Of a stretch of DNA of 64,000 nt, positions 27,214 through 35,700 are shown one piece after another (the first letter of the stretch is position 1; every line of letters starts with the position of its first letter). The notes under the pieces were generated by a model, which was not told where the DNA came from, ran no database searches, and saw only the letters and a list, made by a program, of their open reading frames with translations. This stretch comes from Acidimicrobiia bacterium (GTDB taxonomy: Bacteria; Actinomycetota; Acidimicrobiia; Spongiisociales; UBA11373), in contig JAJCYA010000043.1 of assembly GCA_029263095.1 (NCBI GenBank), positions 2,470-66,469 of the forward strand, read 5' to 3'. The position numbers and the translations under genes are program-made.

Positions 27214-28871
27214 TGCGGCGGTTGGCACTGATCGCTGTGGTGCTGAGTCTGGTGATCGCGGCATGTGGTGACGACGACGCGGTGTCGATCTTCACCTCGA
27301 CTTCGAACGGGTCCAGCTCTTTCGCGACGACGGGCGATATTGAGCCCTATCCCGCTCCCGTTGTTGAAGAGTACGTGACTGGATGCGCCGGAGAAGCCGA
27401 CGAGGGTCTGTGTCGCTGCACTATCGCCGAGTTCCAGCAGCGACTTACCTTGATCGAGTTCCTCGAATTGGTCGATACCGATCTCGATACCAGCCCCGTA
27501 GTGCAGGACGTGATACAGCTTTGCCTCACAGATGGATTCAGCGATTCGACGACCACCACGGTCGTCGCCGCCTCGACCACCACCATGGTCGTCGCTGCCT
27601 CGACCACAACGACCGCTCCCGAGTTTGAAGCGATCACCGACATCGAGACGATCACCCGCCTGACGATTGACGACCTGGAACAGTGGTGGTCGGCCGAGCT
27701 GCCGACGGTGTTTGGCACTGAGTACGAATCGGTGAGCGAATTCGGCCCCTACTTCATCTCGCAGGGTGATATTCCATTCTGCGGCGGTCCGCTCAAGCGA
27801 GACCAGTTCGAGGGCAACGCGTTCTACTGCTGGATCGACGACACGGTGCAGTGGGACGCCGAGGGCCTCATGGCGCCACTGTTTCAGGAATTTGGCGATT
27901 TTACCGTCGCTCTCGTACTCGCCCACGAGTGGGGGCATGCCGTCCAGGCCAGGTTCGGTTTTGACGACGTCAACCAGCCGACGATCGTGAGTGAACTCCA
28001 GGCGGACTGCTTGGCCGGCTCATGGACCGGCCGGATCGCTCGCGAGGAGAGTGACCTTCTACGCCTGGAGACCGGCGATCTTGAGGAGGCGATGGCCGGC
28101 TTCCTGCTGATAGGTGACGAGATCGGTACCGCCCCCGGAGGGGCCAACGCCCACGGTGGTTCATTCGATCGTCTCAACGCGTTCTTCGAGGGTTTCAACG
28201 AGGGCACCCCCGAGTGTGCAACTTATGAGGATTCGCCTCCGGACATCGTGTTCATCCCAGTCCTGATCAGCGAGGACCCGAACGAGAACCTCCTCGATCT
28301 TCCGCTCGCCACTGTGGCGCCGCAGCTTGTTGAGGCTCTCGAGGTGTTTTGGGCGATCGTCTATCCCGAGGTCTTCAGCTCCCCTTGGATTCCCGTGTCC
28401 GACACGATTCCGTATAGGCCGTCGGCGGGAGCGTTTCCGTCGTGTGGAGGATCCACCTTCGACCAGGCGTTCTATGAGGGCAATGCCTTCTACTGCTCGG
28501 CCGACGACTACGTGGCTTGGGATGACGAGGGGCTGTTCCCCGATCTCTACGGCGAGATCGGTGACTTTGCCATCGGGTTGGTGCTCGCCAACGAGTGGGG
28601 TCGGGCCGTCCAAAACCGAGCAGGGCTCCCGATCGAAACCGTGGCCGCCCAGCTCCAGGTGGACTGCCTCACAGGGGTGTGGACTGCCGCGCTCATCCCA
28701 GACGACAACCCCACAGCCATCCGCTTGTCGGCGGGTGATCTGGAGGAGGGAATCGCCGGCTTCCTGACCCTGCCGGCGAATCCGGGCGAGGGTGGCTACG
28801 TGTCGGCGTTCGACCGCTTTGAATCGTTCAAGGAAGGCTTCTTCCTCGGCACAGACGCGTGTGAACTCTGA
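27195..28871 (+). CDS. lipoprotein with two tandem YpfJ-like putative neutral Zn-metallopeptidase domains (first HEWGH intact, second NEWGR degenerate)
   Basis: Signal peptide plus lipobox (LVIAAC). Domain 1: AFYCWIDDTV...GDFTVALVLAHEWGHAVQ...ELQADCLAGSW...GDLEEA...IGDE...HG-S-DR. Domain 2 is the same pattern but reads LANEWGRAVQ. Thr-rich linker between the lipobox and domain 1. Confidence 0.75.
   Translation: MARVALMRRLALIAVVLSLVIAACGDDDAVSIFTSTSNGSSSFATTGDIEPYPAPVVEEYVTGCAGEADEGLCRCTIAEFQQRLTLIEFLELVDTDLDTSPVVQDVIQLCLTDGFSDSTTTTVVAASTTTMVVAASTTTTAPEFEAITDIETITRLTIDDLEQWWSAELPTVFGTEYESVSEFGPYFISQGDIPFCGGPLKRDQFEGNAFYCWIDDTVQWDAEGLMAPLFQEFGDFTVALVLAHEWGHAVQARFGFDDVNQPTIVSELQADCLAGSWTGRIAREESDLLRLETGDLEEAMAGFLLIGDEIGTAPGGANAHGGSFDRLNAFFEGFNEGTPECATYEDSPPDIVFIPVLISEDPNENLLDLPLATVAPQLVEALEVFWAIVYPEVFSSPWIPVSDTIPYRPSAGAFPSCGGSTFDQAFYEGNAFYCSADDYVAWDDEGLFPDLYGEIGDFAIGLVLANEWGRAVQNRAGLPIETVAAQLQVDCLTGVWTAALIPDDNPTAIRLSAGDLEEGIAGFLTLPANPGEGGYVSAFDRFESFKEGFFLGTDACEL
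27561..27614 (+). repeat. 27-bp in-frame tandem duplication inside the lipoprotein linker (VVAASTTT x2)
   Basis: gtcgtcgccgcctcgaccaccaccatg / gtcgtcgctgcctcgaccacaacgacc. Confidence 0.7.
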
Positions 28872-29641
28872 TGAATGCTCGTGACCTCATCCGCCGGCCG
28901 CTGTATCGGGTGTATGAGCAGCGTCTCCTTCGATCTCTGGATCGAATGCCCCACCACATCGGGGTGATTCATGATGGGCATCGTCGGTTTGCGAGAGAAT
29001 CCGGGCTTCCCGACTATGAAGCCTCCTATCGGGCGGGGATGGACAAGTTCGTGGAGTTCCTCGGCTGGTGCAAGGACTTCGAGATCCCGGCCGTGACTTG
29101 CTGGCTCTTGTCGCAGGAGAACCTCAACCGACCGGATGACGAGCTCAAGCCGTACTACCGGGTACTCATGGAGCTCTTCGACCGGCTGCCCGGCGATGTT
29201 CCCGACGCCCGAATCCGCGTCGTTGGAAGCCTCCACCTACTACCGGAGGATCTTCGCCAATCGGCGGAGCAGCTCGTCGAGCGATGCGGGTCGGGTTCAC
29301 GGCGGATCACGATCGCGCTCGCATACGGTGGACGCCAAGAGATTGTGGATGCGGTACGCGATCTGGTCGGCAAGCTGCGGGCGGAAGGGCTGGACGGTGC
29401 CGACCTCACTTCGGGAATCGATGCCGATACTCTCTCGGCTCACCTCTACACCGCAGACCTGCCGGATCCGGATCTGGTAATCCGAACCAGCGGCGAGAGC
29501 CGGTTGTCGGGGTTCCTGCTGTGGCAGGCGGCGTATGCCGAATACTCGTTCGTCGATGTCTTTTGGCCCGAGTTCCGTCGGGTCGACTTCCTGCGGGCAC
29601 TACGCGAATACACCCTGCGCGAACGCCGCTTCGGCCGCTAA
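28871..29641 (+). CDS. uppS: isoprenyl transferase (undecaprenyl/decaprenyl diphosphate synthase family, cis-prenyltransferase)
   Basis: 256 aa. Signature PHHIGVIHDGHRRFA (DGNRRWA-type) and ...RTSGESRLSGFLLWQAAYAEYSF. Start overlaps the lipoprotein stop. Confidence 0.9.
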   Translation: MNARDLIRRPLYRVYEQRLLRSLDRMPHHIGVIHDGHRRFARESGLPDYEASYRAGMDKFVEFLGWCKDFEIPAVTCWLLSQENLNRPDDELKPYYRVLMELFDRLPGDVPDARIRVVGSLHLLPEDLRQSAEQLVERCGSGSRRITIALAYGGRQEIVDAVRDLVGKLRAEGLDGADLTSGIDADTLSAHLYTADLPDPDLVIRTSGESRLSGFLLWQAAYAEYSFVDVFWPEFRRVDFLRALREYTLRERRFGR

Positions 29642-29825
29642 AGAAGTATCACTCCCCCCGGTCTTGACACCAATGGGGAGTAGTTCAGATCGGACAACTC
29701 TCCCCTTTGGGGGGAGTCAAACACCGCAGGTGTTTGGTGGGGGGTGCGACCCGTGCGGCGGAGTCGCGTCACCGACGCTATTCGTGGTGGTGGTGGCCCG
29801 GACCCGGGCCATCGTTAGCTCCCCG

Positions 29826-29975
29826 TCAACAGCCGGGTTCACCGTGGTTGCCGCAGCAGGTCGAACCGGTCCGGAGCTTTCTCCAATTGTTCTTGACCGA
29901 CTTGGTGACCTTGGTGACGGTTGGATCCTCGGATTGGCGCCAGTTGGCGAAGAAGCTGATGTCTTTGAAACCCAT
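29826..29975 (-). CDS. candidate small protein (49 aa) with Cys-rich C-terminus, absent from the ORF track
   Basis: Reverse-strand ATG..TGA: MGFKDISFFANWRQSEDPTVTKVTKSVKNNWRKLRTGSTCCGNHGEPGC. Third-codon-position GC is strongly elevated, as in the neighbouring genes. Lies 70 nt downstream of the histidine-phosphatase stop. No SD, but a TAGTCT -10-like hexamer sits 6 nt upstream, compatible with a leaderless mRNA. Confidence 0.35.
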   Translation of the reverse strand: MGFKDISFFANWRQSEDPTVTKVTKSVKNNWRKLRTGSTCCGNHGEPGC

Positions 29976-30044
29976 GTTGGGAGACTAGGGAATAGGCAGG
30001 CATCTCCTCCGCAATGGCGAGAGGGGTCGGATGGCTGCCACTAC

Positions 30045-30719
30045 CTATCTCGTCAGGTAGGCCGGCGCCAGATGGGCGACGCTGTTTGCTTCCCACAGAC
30101 TCATGACGTGCTCGCCCGCGAGAGGTGTCGTTTGGAGTCGGATGATCCCCCCATGATTGGACACGAACCGTTCCCATTCCCACGGGGTTGGGTCAAGACC
30201 GAGCATATGTCCCAGGATGACAGCGTTGGTCCCGCCGTGAGCGACGATGACAATCCGGTGGTGGGTTCCGACGTCGTGCCAAAGGTGCTGGGTGGAGAGC
30301 CGCTGCACTCCGCGGTGGCGAAGTAGGGCTTCGATTGCCTCAGTCACACGCACGTGGAAGTCGCGGAATGACTCCCCACCTGCGATCCCATCCCACCACT
30401 CGCTGAGCGGACGGTCTCGTGCCTCGCGAAAGGTGCGCTCCACAACGTGGCTCGGTGTGTCGTCAAAGGGAACCCGGATCTCGACGAGATCGGCAATGGT
30501 GATGGCGGTCTTGCCGATGGAGTGCTCCAGTGGCTCGGCCGTTTCCACCGCGCGCCGTGCCGGAGAAACCAGAATGTCGTCGATACCGTCGAGCGCCGCC
30601 AACCTCGCCGCCACCGCGCGCGCTTGTGCAACGCCCAGAGGTGTCAGGCTCGGATCAGGAAGGGTTCTCCCGTCATCGATCCATGCGGGCTCACCGTGCC
30701 GAACAAGAATGATCTCCAT
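30045..30719 (-). CDS. histidine phosphatase (phosphoglycerate-mutase-like) family protein
   Basis: N-terminal ILVRHGEP catalytic motif. ATG at 30719 (MEIILVRHGE...). Track start 30728 is a TTG. Confidence 0.8.
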   Translation of the reverse strand: MEIILVRHGEPAWIDDGRTLPDPSLTPLGVAQARAVAARLAALDGIDDILVSPARRAVETAEPLEHSIGKTAITIADLVEIRVPFDDTPSHVVERTFREARDRPLSEWWDGIAGGESFRDFHVRVTEAIEALLRHRGVQRLSTQHLWHDVGTHHRIVIVAHGGTNAVILGHMLGLDPTPWEWERFVSNHGGIIRLQTTPLAGEHVMSLWEANSVAHLAPAYLTR

Positions 30720-30943
30720 GTCAGCCAATCGACTCGATACGGCGGATTATGGAAACAATCGTAGAGGTCCGCGCACGAGCGAGCGGCCAGCCCGCAGGTT
30801 GGCCGCCCGTCTCGAGGGAGGAAACGCCGTCTTCGACGACACTACGAACATCGTCATCTGGCGAGATCGCTTGAGCGTTTCTGGAGTGCCGCCGACGGAT
30901 CAGTTCGCCTCCTGGTCCGGCTTCTGCAATACAGTGTCTTTCC

Positions 30944-31558
30944 GTGAACATCACTGTGTCCCGATCTCCGTTGCGTCTGTTGACATTTGCACTGCTCGCG
31001 GTACCGGCGGTTCTGCTTGCGGTGGATATGACGGTCTCGCACCGGTGGATCCGCGCCCCTGAGTCGTCGGAGGTCGTTGTCGGGCAGACGTCGGACGAAT
31101 CGGGGGAGATGGTCGACCTGACCAAGGACGTACTCACCGACGTTGGACGGGCCGAACGTCGCCGTGACCTCCTCTTCGGCGGTGCTCTGTTCGTTGGTGG
31201 CGCGGCAGCGATGGCTTGGGCTCTCAAGGAACTCGCACGGCCGACGAGATTCCTGATCGCGGATGATGATGGGCTGCTCATCAAGGTCGATGGGGTTCGC
31301 CGCGCGCCGCGCCGCATTGCCTGGTCCGGTATCGCGGAAGTACGGTCTGGCCTGATCGAGGACGACGGTGTCGAGACACCCGTTCTGTCGATTCGCCTCG
31401 TCGATCCTGAAGCGGTTCCCCGCCTCCCGGCAGGAGGTCTCTCCGACCCGCCTTGGCTGCATCTGTTCTCCGACGAATGGGACAAGCCGGCTCATCGTGT
31501 CGCTGCGCTGCTGGAGCACCAGGTCGGAAAGGGCCAACCTGTCGGGGAGCCGGAGTGA
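30944..31558 (+). CDS. membrane protein with two TM helices followed by a bacterial PH (bPH_2-like) domain
   Basis: TM1 [16 protein letters not shown] and TM2 [19 protein letters not shown], then a ~100-aa soluble domain. GTG start. Stop overlaps the nfo GTG (GTGA). Confidence 0.5.
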   Translation: MNITVSRSPLRLLTFALLAVPAVLLAVDMTVSHRWIRAPESSEVVVGQTSDESGEMVDLTKDVLTDVGRAERRRDLLFGGALFVGGAAAMAWALKELARPTRFLIADDDGLLIKVDGVRRAPRRIAWSGIAEVRSGLIEDDGVETPVLSIRLVDPEAVPRLPAGGLSDPPWLHLFSDEWDKPAHRVAALLEHQVGKGQPVGEPE

Positions 31559-32325
31559 GGATTGGCGCTCACGTTTCGAGTGAGGCGCCTCTTGAAGAGG
31601 CAGCGGCGCGCCAAGCAGATCTGATTCAGATCTTTCTGTCGAGCCCACAATCGTGGAAGAAGCCACTACCTCGTGACGACGCAGACCAGCTGATCGAAGC
31701 CGATACGCCAATCTACGTCCATGCGTCGTACCTGGTGAACGTCGGCTCGTCCAACAATCGAATTCGGATCCCGAGCCGCAAGATCATCGGGGACACCCTT
31801 ACGGCAGCGGCGGCGGTGGGGGCTGCCGGGGTGATTGTTCACGGTGGTCACGTCGATGACGATGAGGACCTGGAGGTCGGGTTCGAACGCTGGCGTAAGG
31901 CGCTTGACAGCGTGGATCTGGTCGTTCCTCTTCTCATCGAGAACACGGCTGGCGGTGGCAATGCCATCGTCCGCCAACTCGACAACTACGGACGGCTCTG
32001 GGAGAGGATCGGCGAGTACGGGGTTGGGGTCTGTTTGGACACATGCCACGCTTGGGCGGCCGACGAGGACCTGGCCACCGTTGTCGAACGGATCACGGAG
32101 ATGACCGGTGGTATCGACCTGGTCCACTGCAACGACTCACGTGATCCGCTCGGGAGCAACCGCGACCGGCACGCCAACCTGGGGGCTGGTGAGATTCCGC
32201 TCGATCTGTTGGTCGATCTCGTTCGCTCTGCCGGTGCCCCGGTCGTTGTCGAGACACCCGGAGGTGTCGAAGACCAGACCGCCGACATCGCACTACTACG
32301 ACAACGGCTGGCGACGAGCAAATAG
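31555..32325 (+). CDS. nfo: deoxyribonuclease IV / endonuclease IV-like (xylose-isomerase-like TIM barrel) AP endonuclease
   Basis: VRIGAHVSS...[13 protein letters not shown]...IVHGGH...[14 protein letters not shown]...IDLVHCNDS. The His/Asp/Glu metal ligands of the Nfo family are present. GTG at 31555. Confidence 0.75.
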   Translation: MRIGAHVSSEAPLEEAAARQADLIQIFLSSPQSWKKPLPRDDADQLIEADTPIYVHASYLVNVGSSNNRIRIPSRKIIGDTLTAAAAVGAAGVIVHGGHVDDDEDLEVGFERWRKALDSVDLVVPLLIENTAGGGNAIVRQLDNYGRLWERIGEYGVGVCLDTCHAWAADEDLATVVERITEMTGGIDLVHCNDSRDPLGSNRDRHANLGAGEIPLDLLVDLVRSAGAPVVVETPGGVEDQTADIALLRQRLATSK

Positions 32326-32384
32326 CGACCGGCGATCAGCGACCGGCAGGGATCACTAACGGGTCATAGGGGTCTGCGGGCTTC

Positions 32385-32945
32385 TCAACACACGCCGCTC
32401 AGCAGGGCTGCCGCCCACTCTCTGGCATCGTCGCTGTCGAGGCCGGACATGGTCGCGGTGTAGGTCCGACCCTGAGCGTCGGAATGTGCCTCCATGATGA
32501 GGACCGCGTCTTGGATCTCGGTGTAGAACCCGGCATCGCACAGCGCGATGTCGGTAGACCCGCTGACGACACCAGCTCCGCTCATGCTCGCCTCGAAGCC
32601 GGTCCGGTCACCGGTACGCCAGGCGAGGGCTATTCCGTTGGTCGTGCCGAAGTAGGTGCAAGCGCTGCGGTCGTTGTTTGCCGCAAGGAAGGTATACGCA
32701 TTCCCCGCAATGGCCTGAACCGCGGCCTCGGGCCATATTTCCAAGCAATCGGTCGGTCCGGCGGCTGAGGTTGCAGGGACGGTCGAGCTGGTCGTCGGAC
32801 TGGTCGGGACTGTGGTGTTGCCTCCGCTCTGAGCGGTCGAGTCCCCAGGTGTTTCGAGGGTGGGAGGAACCAAGTCGGTCGTGTTGTCATCTCCGCAGGC
32901 GCCGATCACCAATAGGAGAGCCAGCAGGATCCAGAAGCGATACAT
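32385..32945 (-). CDS. hypothetical lipoprotein
   Basis: Signal peptide plus lipobox (LLVIGAC), a Thr/Ser-rich linker, and a C-terminal globular part with four Cys. Confidence 0.55.
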   Translation of the reverse strand: MYRFWILLALLLVIGACGDDNTTDLVPPTLETPGDSTAQSGGNTTVPTSPTTSSTVPATSAAGPTDCLEIWPEAAVQAIAGNAYTFLAANNDRSACTYFGTTNGIALAWRTGDRTGFEASMSGAGVVSGSTDIALCDAGFYTEIQDAVLIMEAHSDAQGRTYTATMSGLDSDDAREWAAALLSGVC

Positions 32946-33068
32946 CGTGTCAGTACCCCCTATCGGAAGGAGCGAGAAGCGTATCAGGCCCTTCCCGGCG
33001 CTGGCAGGGCCGGCGACCGGCTTGAGACCGATCTCACCTGAGACGACAGAGGGTGAGTGAGTCTCTGG

Positions 33069-34178
33069 CTACAGGCCGAGATACTCCGCAAGGGCTTCAT
33101 CGGTGCGATCCTCGCCGGCTGCGAACGCCTCGACGAACTCGTGAGCGTCGCCGTCACGGAATTGGACCGGTGGGCTCTTCATGAAGTATGACGAGGGGGC
33201 CAGCAGCGGGCCGCCGATCCCGTTGTCGAGTGCGATCTTCACGCAGCGAACCGCATCGATGACCACTCCCGCCGAGTTGGGGGAATCCCACACCTCGAGC
33301 TTGAGTTCGGCGTTCAGCGGCACATCGCCGAACGACTTGCCCTCGAGACGGATGTAGGCCCATTTGCGGTCGGTCAGCCACGCTACGTAGTCCGAGGGGC
33401 CGATGTGGACGTCATCCTCACCGATGCCATTATCGAGCTGTGAGGTGACCGACTGCGTTTTCGAGATCTTCTTGGACTCGAGACGCTCCCGTTCGAGCAT
33501 GTTCTTGAAGTCCATGTTTCCGCCGACGTTGAGCTGATAGGTGCGCTCCAACTCGACTCCGCGGTCCTCAAAGAGCCGCGCCAGCAGCCGATGGATAATC
33601 GTGGCACCCACCTGTGACTTGATGTCATCACCGACGATCGGCACCCCGGCGTCATAGAACCGACGAGCCCATTCGGGGTTGGAGGCGATAAACACCGGGA
33701 TGGCATTGATGAAGCCGACACCGGCTTCGAGCGCTGCCTCGGCGTAGAAGCGAATTGCATCTTCAGAACCCACGGGGAGGTAGGCGACGAGAACATCGGC
33801 CTTGCTCTCCTTGAGGGTGGCGACGACGTCTACCGGTTCGGCGGCAGATTCCTCGACGGTGAGTCGGTAGTACTTGCCGAGCCCATCGTGTGTCGGACCT
33901 CGCAACACTTGGACTCCGAGGTCGGGCACGTCACAAAACTCGTAGGTGTTGTTGACGCCGGCCCACATGGCCTTGCTGAGGTCTTGGCCGACCTTGGCCG
34001 CATCCACGTCGAAGGCAGCGACGAACTCGATATCACGGATGTGGTAGCCGCCGAGATCCACGTGCATGAGGCCAGGTACTGAGGTGCCCGGCTCGGCGTC
34101 GTCGTAGTAGTGGATGCCTTGGATGAGTGAGTTGGCGCAGTTGCCGACCCCGGCGATTGCTACTCGTACTTTGCTCAT
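33069..34178 (-). CDS. ino1: myo-inositol-1-phosphate synthase
   Basis: 369 aa. N-terminal Rossmann [18 protein letters not shown]. Matches the actinobacterial/archaeal INO1 family throughout. Confidence 0.9.
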   Translation of the reverse strand: MSKVRVAIAGVGNCANSLIQGIHYYDDAEPGTSVPGLMHVDLGGYHIRDIEFVAAFDVDAAKVGQDLSKAMWAGVNNTYEFCDVPDLGVQVLRGPTHDGLGKYYRLTVEESAAEPVDVVATLKESKADVLVAYLPVGSEDAIRFYAEAALEAGVGFINAIPVFIASNPEWARRFYDAGVPIVGDDIKSQVGATIIHRLLARLFEDRGVELERTYQLNVGGNMDFKNMLERERLESKKISKTQSVTSQLDNGIGEDDVHIGPSDYVAWLTDRKWAYIRLEGKSFGDVPLNAELKLEVWDSPNSAGVVIDAVRCVKIALDNGIGGPLLAPSSYFMKSPPVQFRDGDAHEFVEAFAAGEDRTDEALAEYLGL

Positions 34179-34190
34179 TGTCTTCCCTCT

Positions 34191-34709
34191 CTATGAAGCC
34201 TTGGCGCCGTTGGCGTCGTCCCGCTCGGACTCGATGAGTTCGTCCAACCAGGCCACATCGGCCTCGGCGGAGCGGACCCCGTGCTGCATGAGCGACGAGG
34301 TGTACCGGTCGACCCGATCGGCGGTCTTGCGGATCGAGCTACGGGTGTTGGTGATCCGTTCCCTGAGGACCGCCTTACGCCGTTCCAGGAAGCCGATCCG
34401 AGTGTTCGGCTCCATGTACTTGAAGAACGCGAGTCGGACTCGGAAGGCGGTGGTGTTCTCGACTTCCGATGACTCGTCTTCAAGGATCTCCTGGAAGTAC
34501 TCCTTGCCCTCCGCGGTGATCATGTACTCCTTGCGTCGACCCGAACCGGGCCGTACCTCGATGTGACCTGCTTTCTCCAAGCGGCGCAGCGCCGGGTACA
34601 CCGACCCGAACGAGATACGCCAGAAACCGAAGTCGAGGAGTCGCTGTCGCAACTCGTATCCGTGCATCGGTCCTTCGCGGAGCAGTCCAAGAATGGCCAT
34701 GTCGAGCAT
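34191..34709 (-). CDS. PadR-family transcriptional regulator (upstream of ino1, as Rv0047c-Rv0046c in M. tuberculosis)
   Basis: MLDMAILGLLREGPMHGYELRQRL...SVYPALRRLEKAGHIE is the PadR winged helix. ATG at 34709 chosen. Track ORF extends to 34784. Confidence 0.8.
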   Translation of the reverse strand: MLDMAILGLLREGPMHGYELRQRLLDFGFWRISFGSVYPALRRLEKAGHIEVRPGSGRRKEYMITAEGKEYFQEILEDESSEVENTTAFRVRLAFFKYMEPNTRIGFLERRKAVLRERITNTRSSIRKTADRVDRYTSSLMQHGVRSAEADVAWLDELIESERDDANGAKAS

Positions 34710-34776
34710 ATGAAGGTTCGTTATAGCGGATCGATATATCGAAACGCAAGTAGAAGCCAGCATTTCTTTCGCGTTC

Positions 34777-34974
34777 TGTCTCACTCCCCCCTTGTGGGTT
34801 AGTCAATCGGCGGAGCCGATTGGTGGGGGGTGAGACAGGCGCGGCGTAGCCGGGTGGCACGTGTTGTGGGGGAGTGATATTCCTATCCGATCCTTCCCCC
34901 CTTGTGGGGGAAGTCCGTGAGGAGCGCAGCGACGAGGGGGATGGGGGGTCTCTTCAGCTTCCCACCATCCCCCC
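34777..34974. repeat. cluster of three C6/G6-type hairpins in the PadR-ino1 leader, including a nested 19-bp palindrome
   Basis: H1 34777-34836: GTCTCACTCCCCCC...GGGGGGTGAGAC, enclosing CAATCGGC-GGA-GCCGATTG (34804-34822). H2 34893-34913: CTTCCCCC-cttgt-GGGGGAAG. H3 34936-34974: GGGGGATGGGGGG...CCCACCATCCCCCC. The 13-mer CCCCCCTTGTGGG occurs twice. Confidence 0.5.
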
Positions 34975-35023
34975 AGTCTTGGTATCAGGGGAGTTGCCTA
35001 CAAGGTGCCGAGCGTCTGGTGCC

Positions 35024-35509
35024 TCAGTACGCCCCGCCCAACTTGGTGTGGTCCCAGGAGGTGATGCGTTCCGGCTCGACGACCACGGCGGTGTTCTTGG
35101 GGGCAAACCGACCAAAGGCCTGTTCGAGTGCGTCGGGGTCCATCTCGATCGGTGCGGGGCCGACCATCGGGTATCTGCCCGCCAGCCTGCCGTAGAGGGC
35201 GAGTAGGTACTCGGGGTCGTCGTCACCGTCGATGAGCCGTGCGGTGCCCCTGATCATCACCGCTTGCAGTTGGGCGTAGGCGACACCCCGTTCGACGAGC
35301 ACGGTGATGCGGGGGTCACGCGCCAGATTGACGATCTTTTGACTCTTGGTGAACGAGCGGAAGACGATCTTGCCGTCCTCCATCACGTACCACATAGGTG
35401 CGGTGTGAGGATGGCCGTCACTGCCGATCGTGGTGATGATGAGGGTCATCTCCTCGGCGAGGAATGAATCCATCTCCTCGGATGTGAATGAGATGTCTTT
35501 GCGGGCCAC
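35024..35509 (-). CDS. pyridoxamine 5'-phosphate oxidase-like / F420-dependent PPOX-class flavin-binding protein
   Basis: 161 aa with a split-barrel FMN-binding fold pattern (LIITTIGSDGHPHTAPMWYV...RITVLV). Confidence 0.7.
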   Translation of the reverse strand: MARKDISFTSEEMDSFLAEEMTLIITTIGSDGHPHTAPMWYVMEDGKIVFRSFTKSQKIVNLARDPRITVLVERGVAYAQLQAVMIRGTARLIDGDDDPEYLLALYGRLAGRYPMVGPAPIEMDPDALEQAFGRFAPKNTAVVVEPERITSWDHTKLGGAY

Positions 35510-35603
35510 TGGGCTCCTTCCGGGCGCCGTCGACAGTAGCCATCAGGACGTTCGCGAGATCGAGCCGACCCGCTCTACACTCTGCGCAACCCGGAAAGAC
35601 ACT

Positions 35604-35642
35604 CATGAGCGCAGGCAAGGATCGACGGCTTGAGACCCGTTG
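35604..35642 (+). CDS. candidate 12-aa leader peptide (MSAGKDRRLETR) upstream of the pyr-operon attenuator
   Basis: ATG at 35604, 6 nt after GGAAAG. Stop at 35640-35642, 25 nt before the terminator hairpin. Purely sequence-based. Confidence 0.2.
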
Positions 35643-35667
35643 AGCGCCCCGTTGCTCGTTGCCTCTT

Positions 35668-35696
35668 GGCCCCCCTCGTGGGGGCCCTTCTTTTTG
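35668..35696 (+). terminator. intrinsic terminator/attenuator hairpin 5 nt upstream of the pyrC start
   Basis: GGCCCCC-CTCGT-GGGGGCC followed by CTTCTTTTTG, a classic rho-independent structure. Located in the 5' leader of the pyr operon, not after a gene. Confidence 0.55.
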
Positions 35697-35700
35697 CCTC

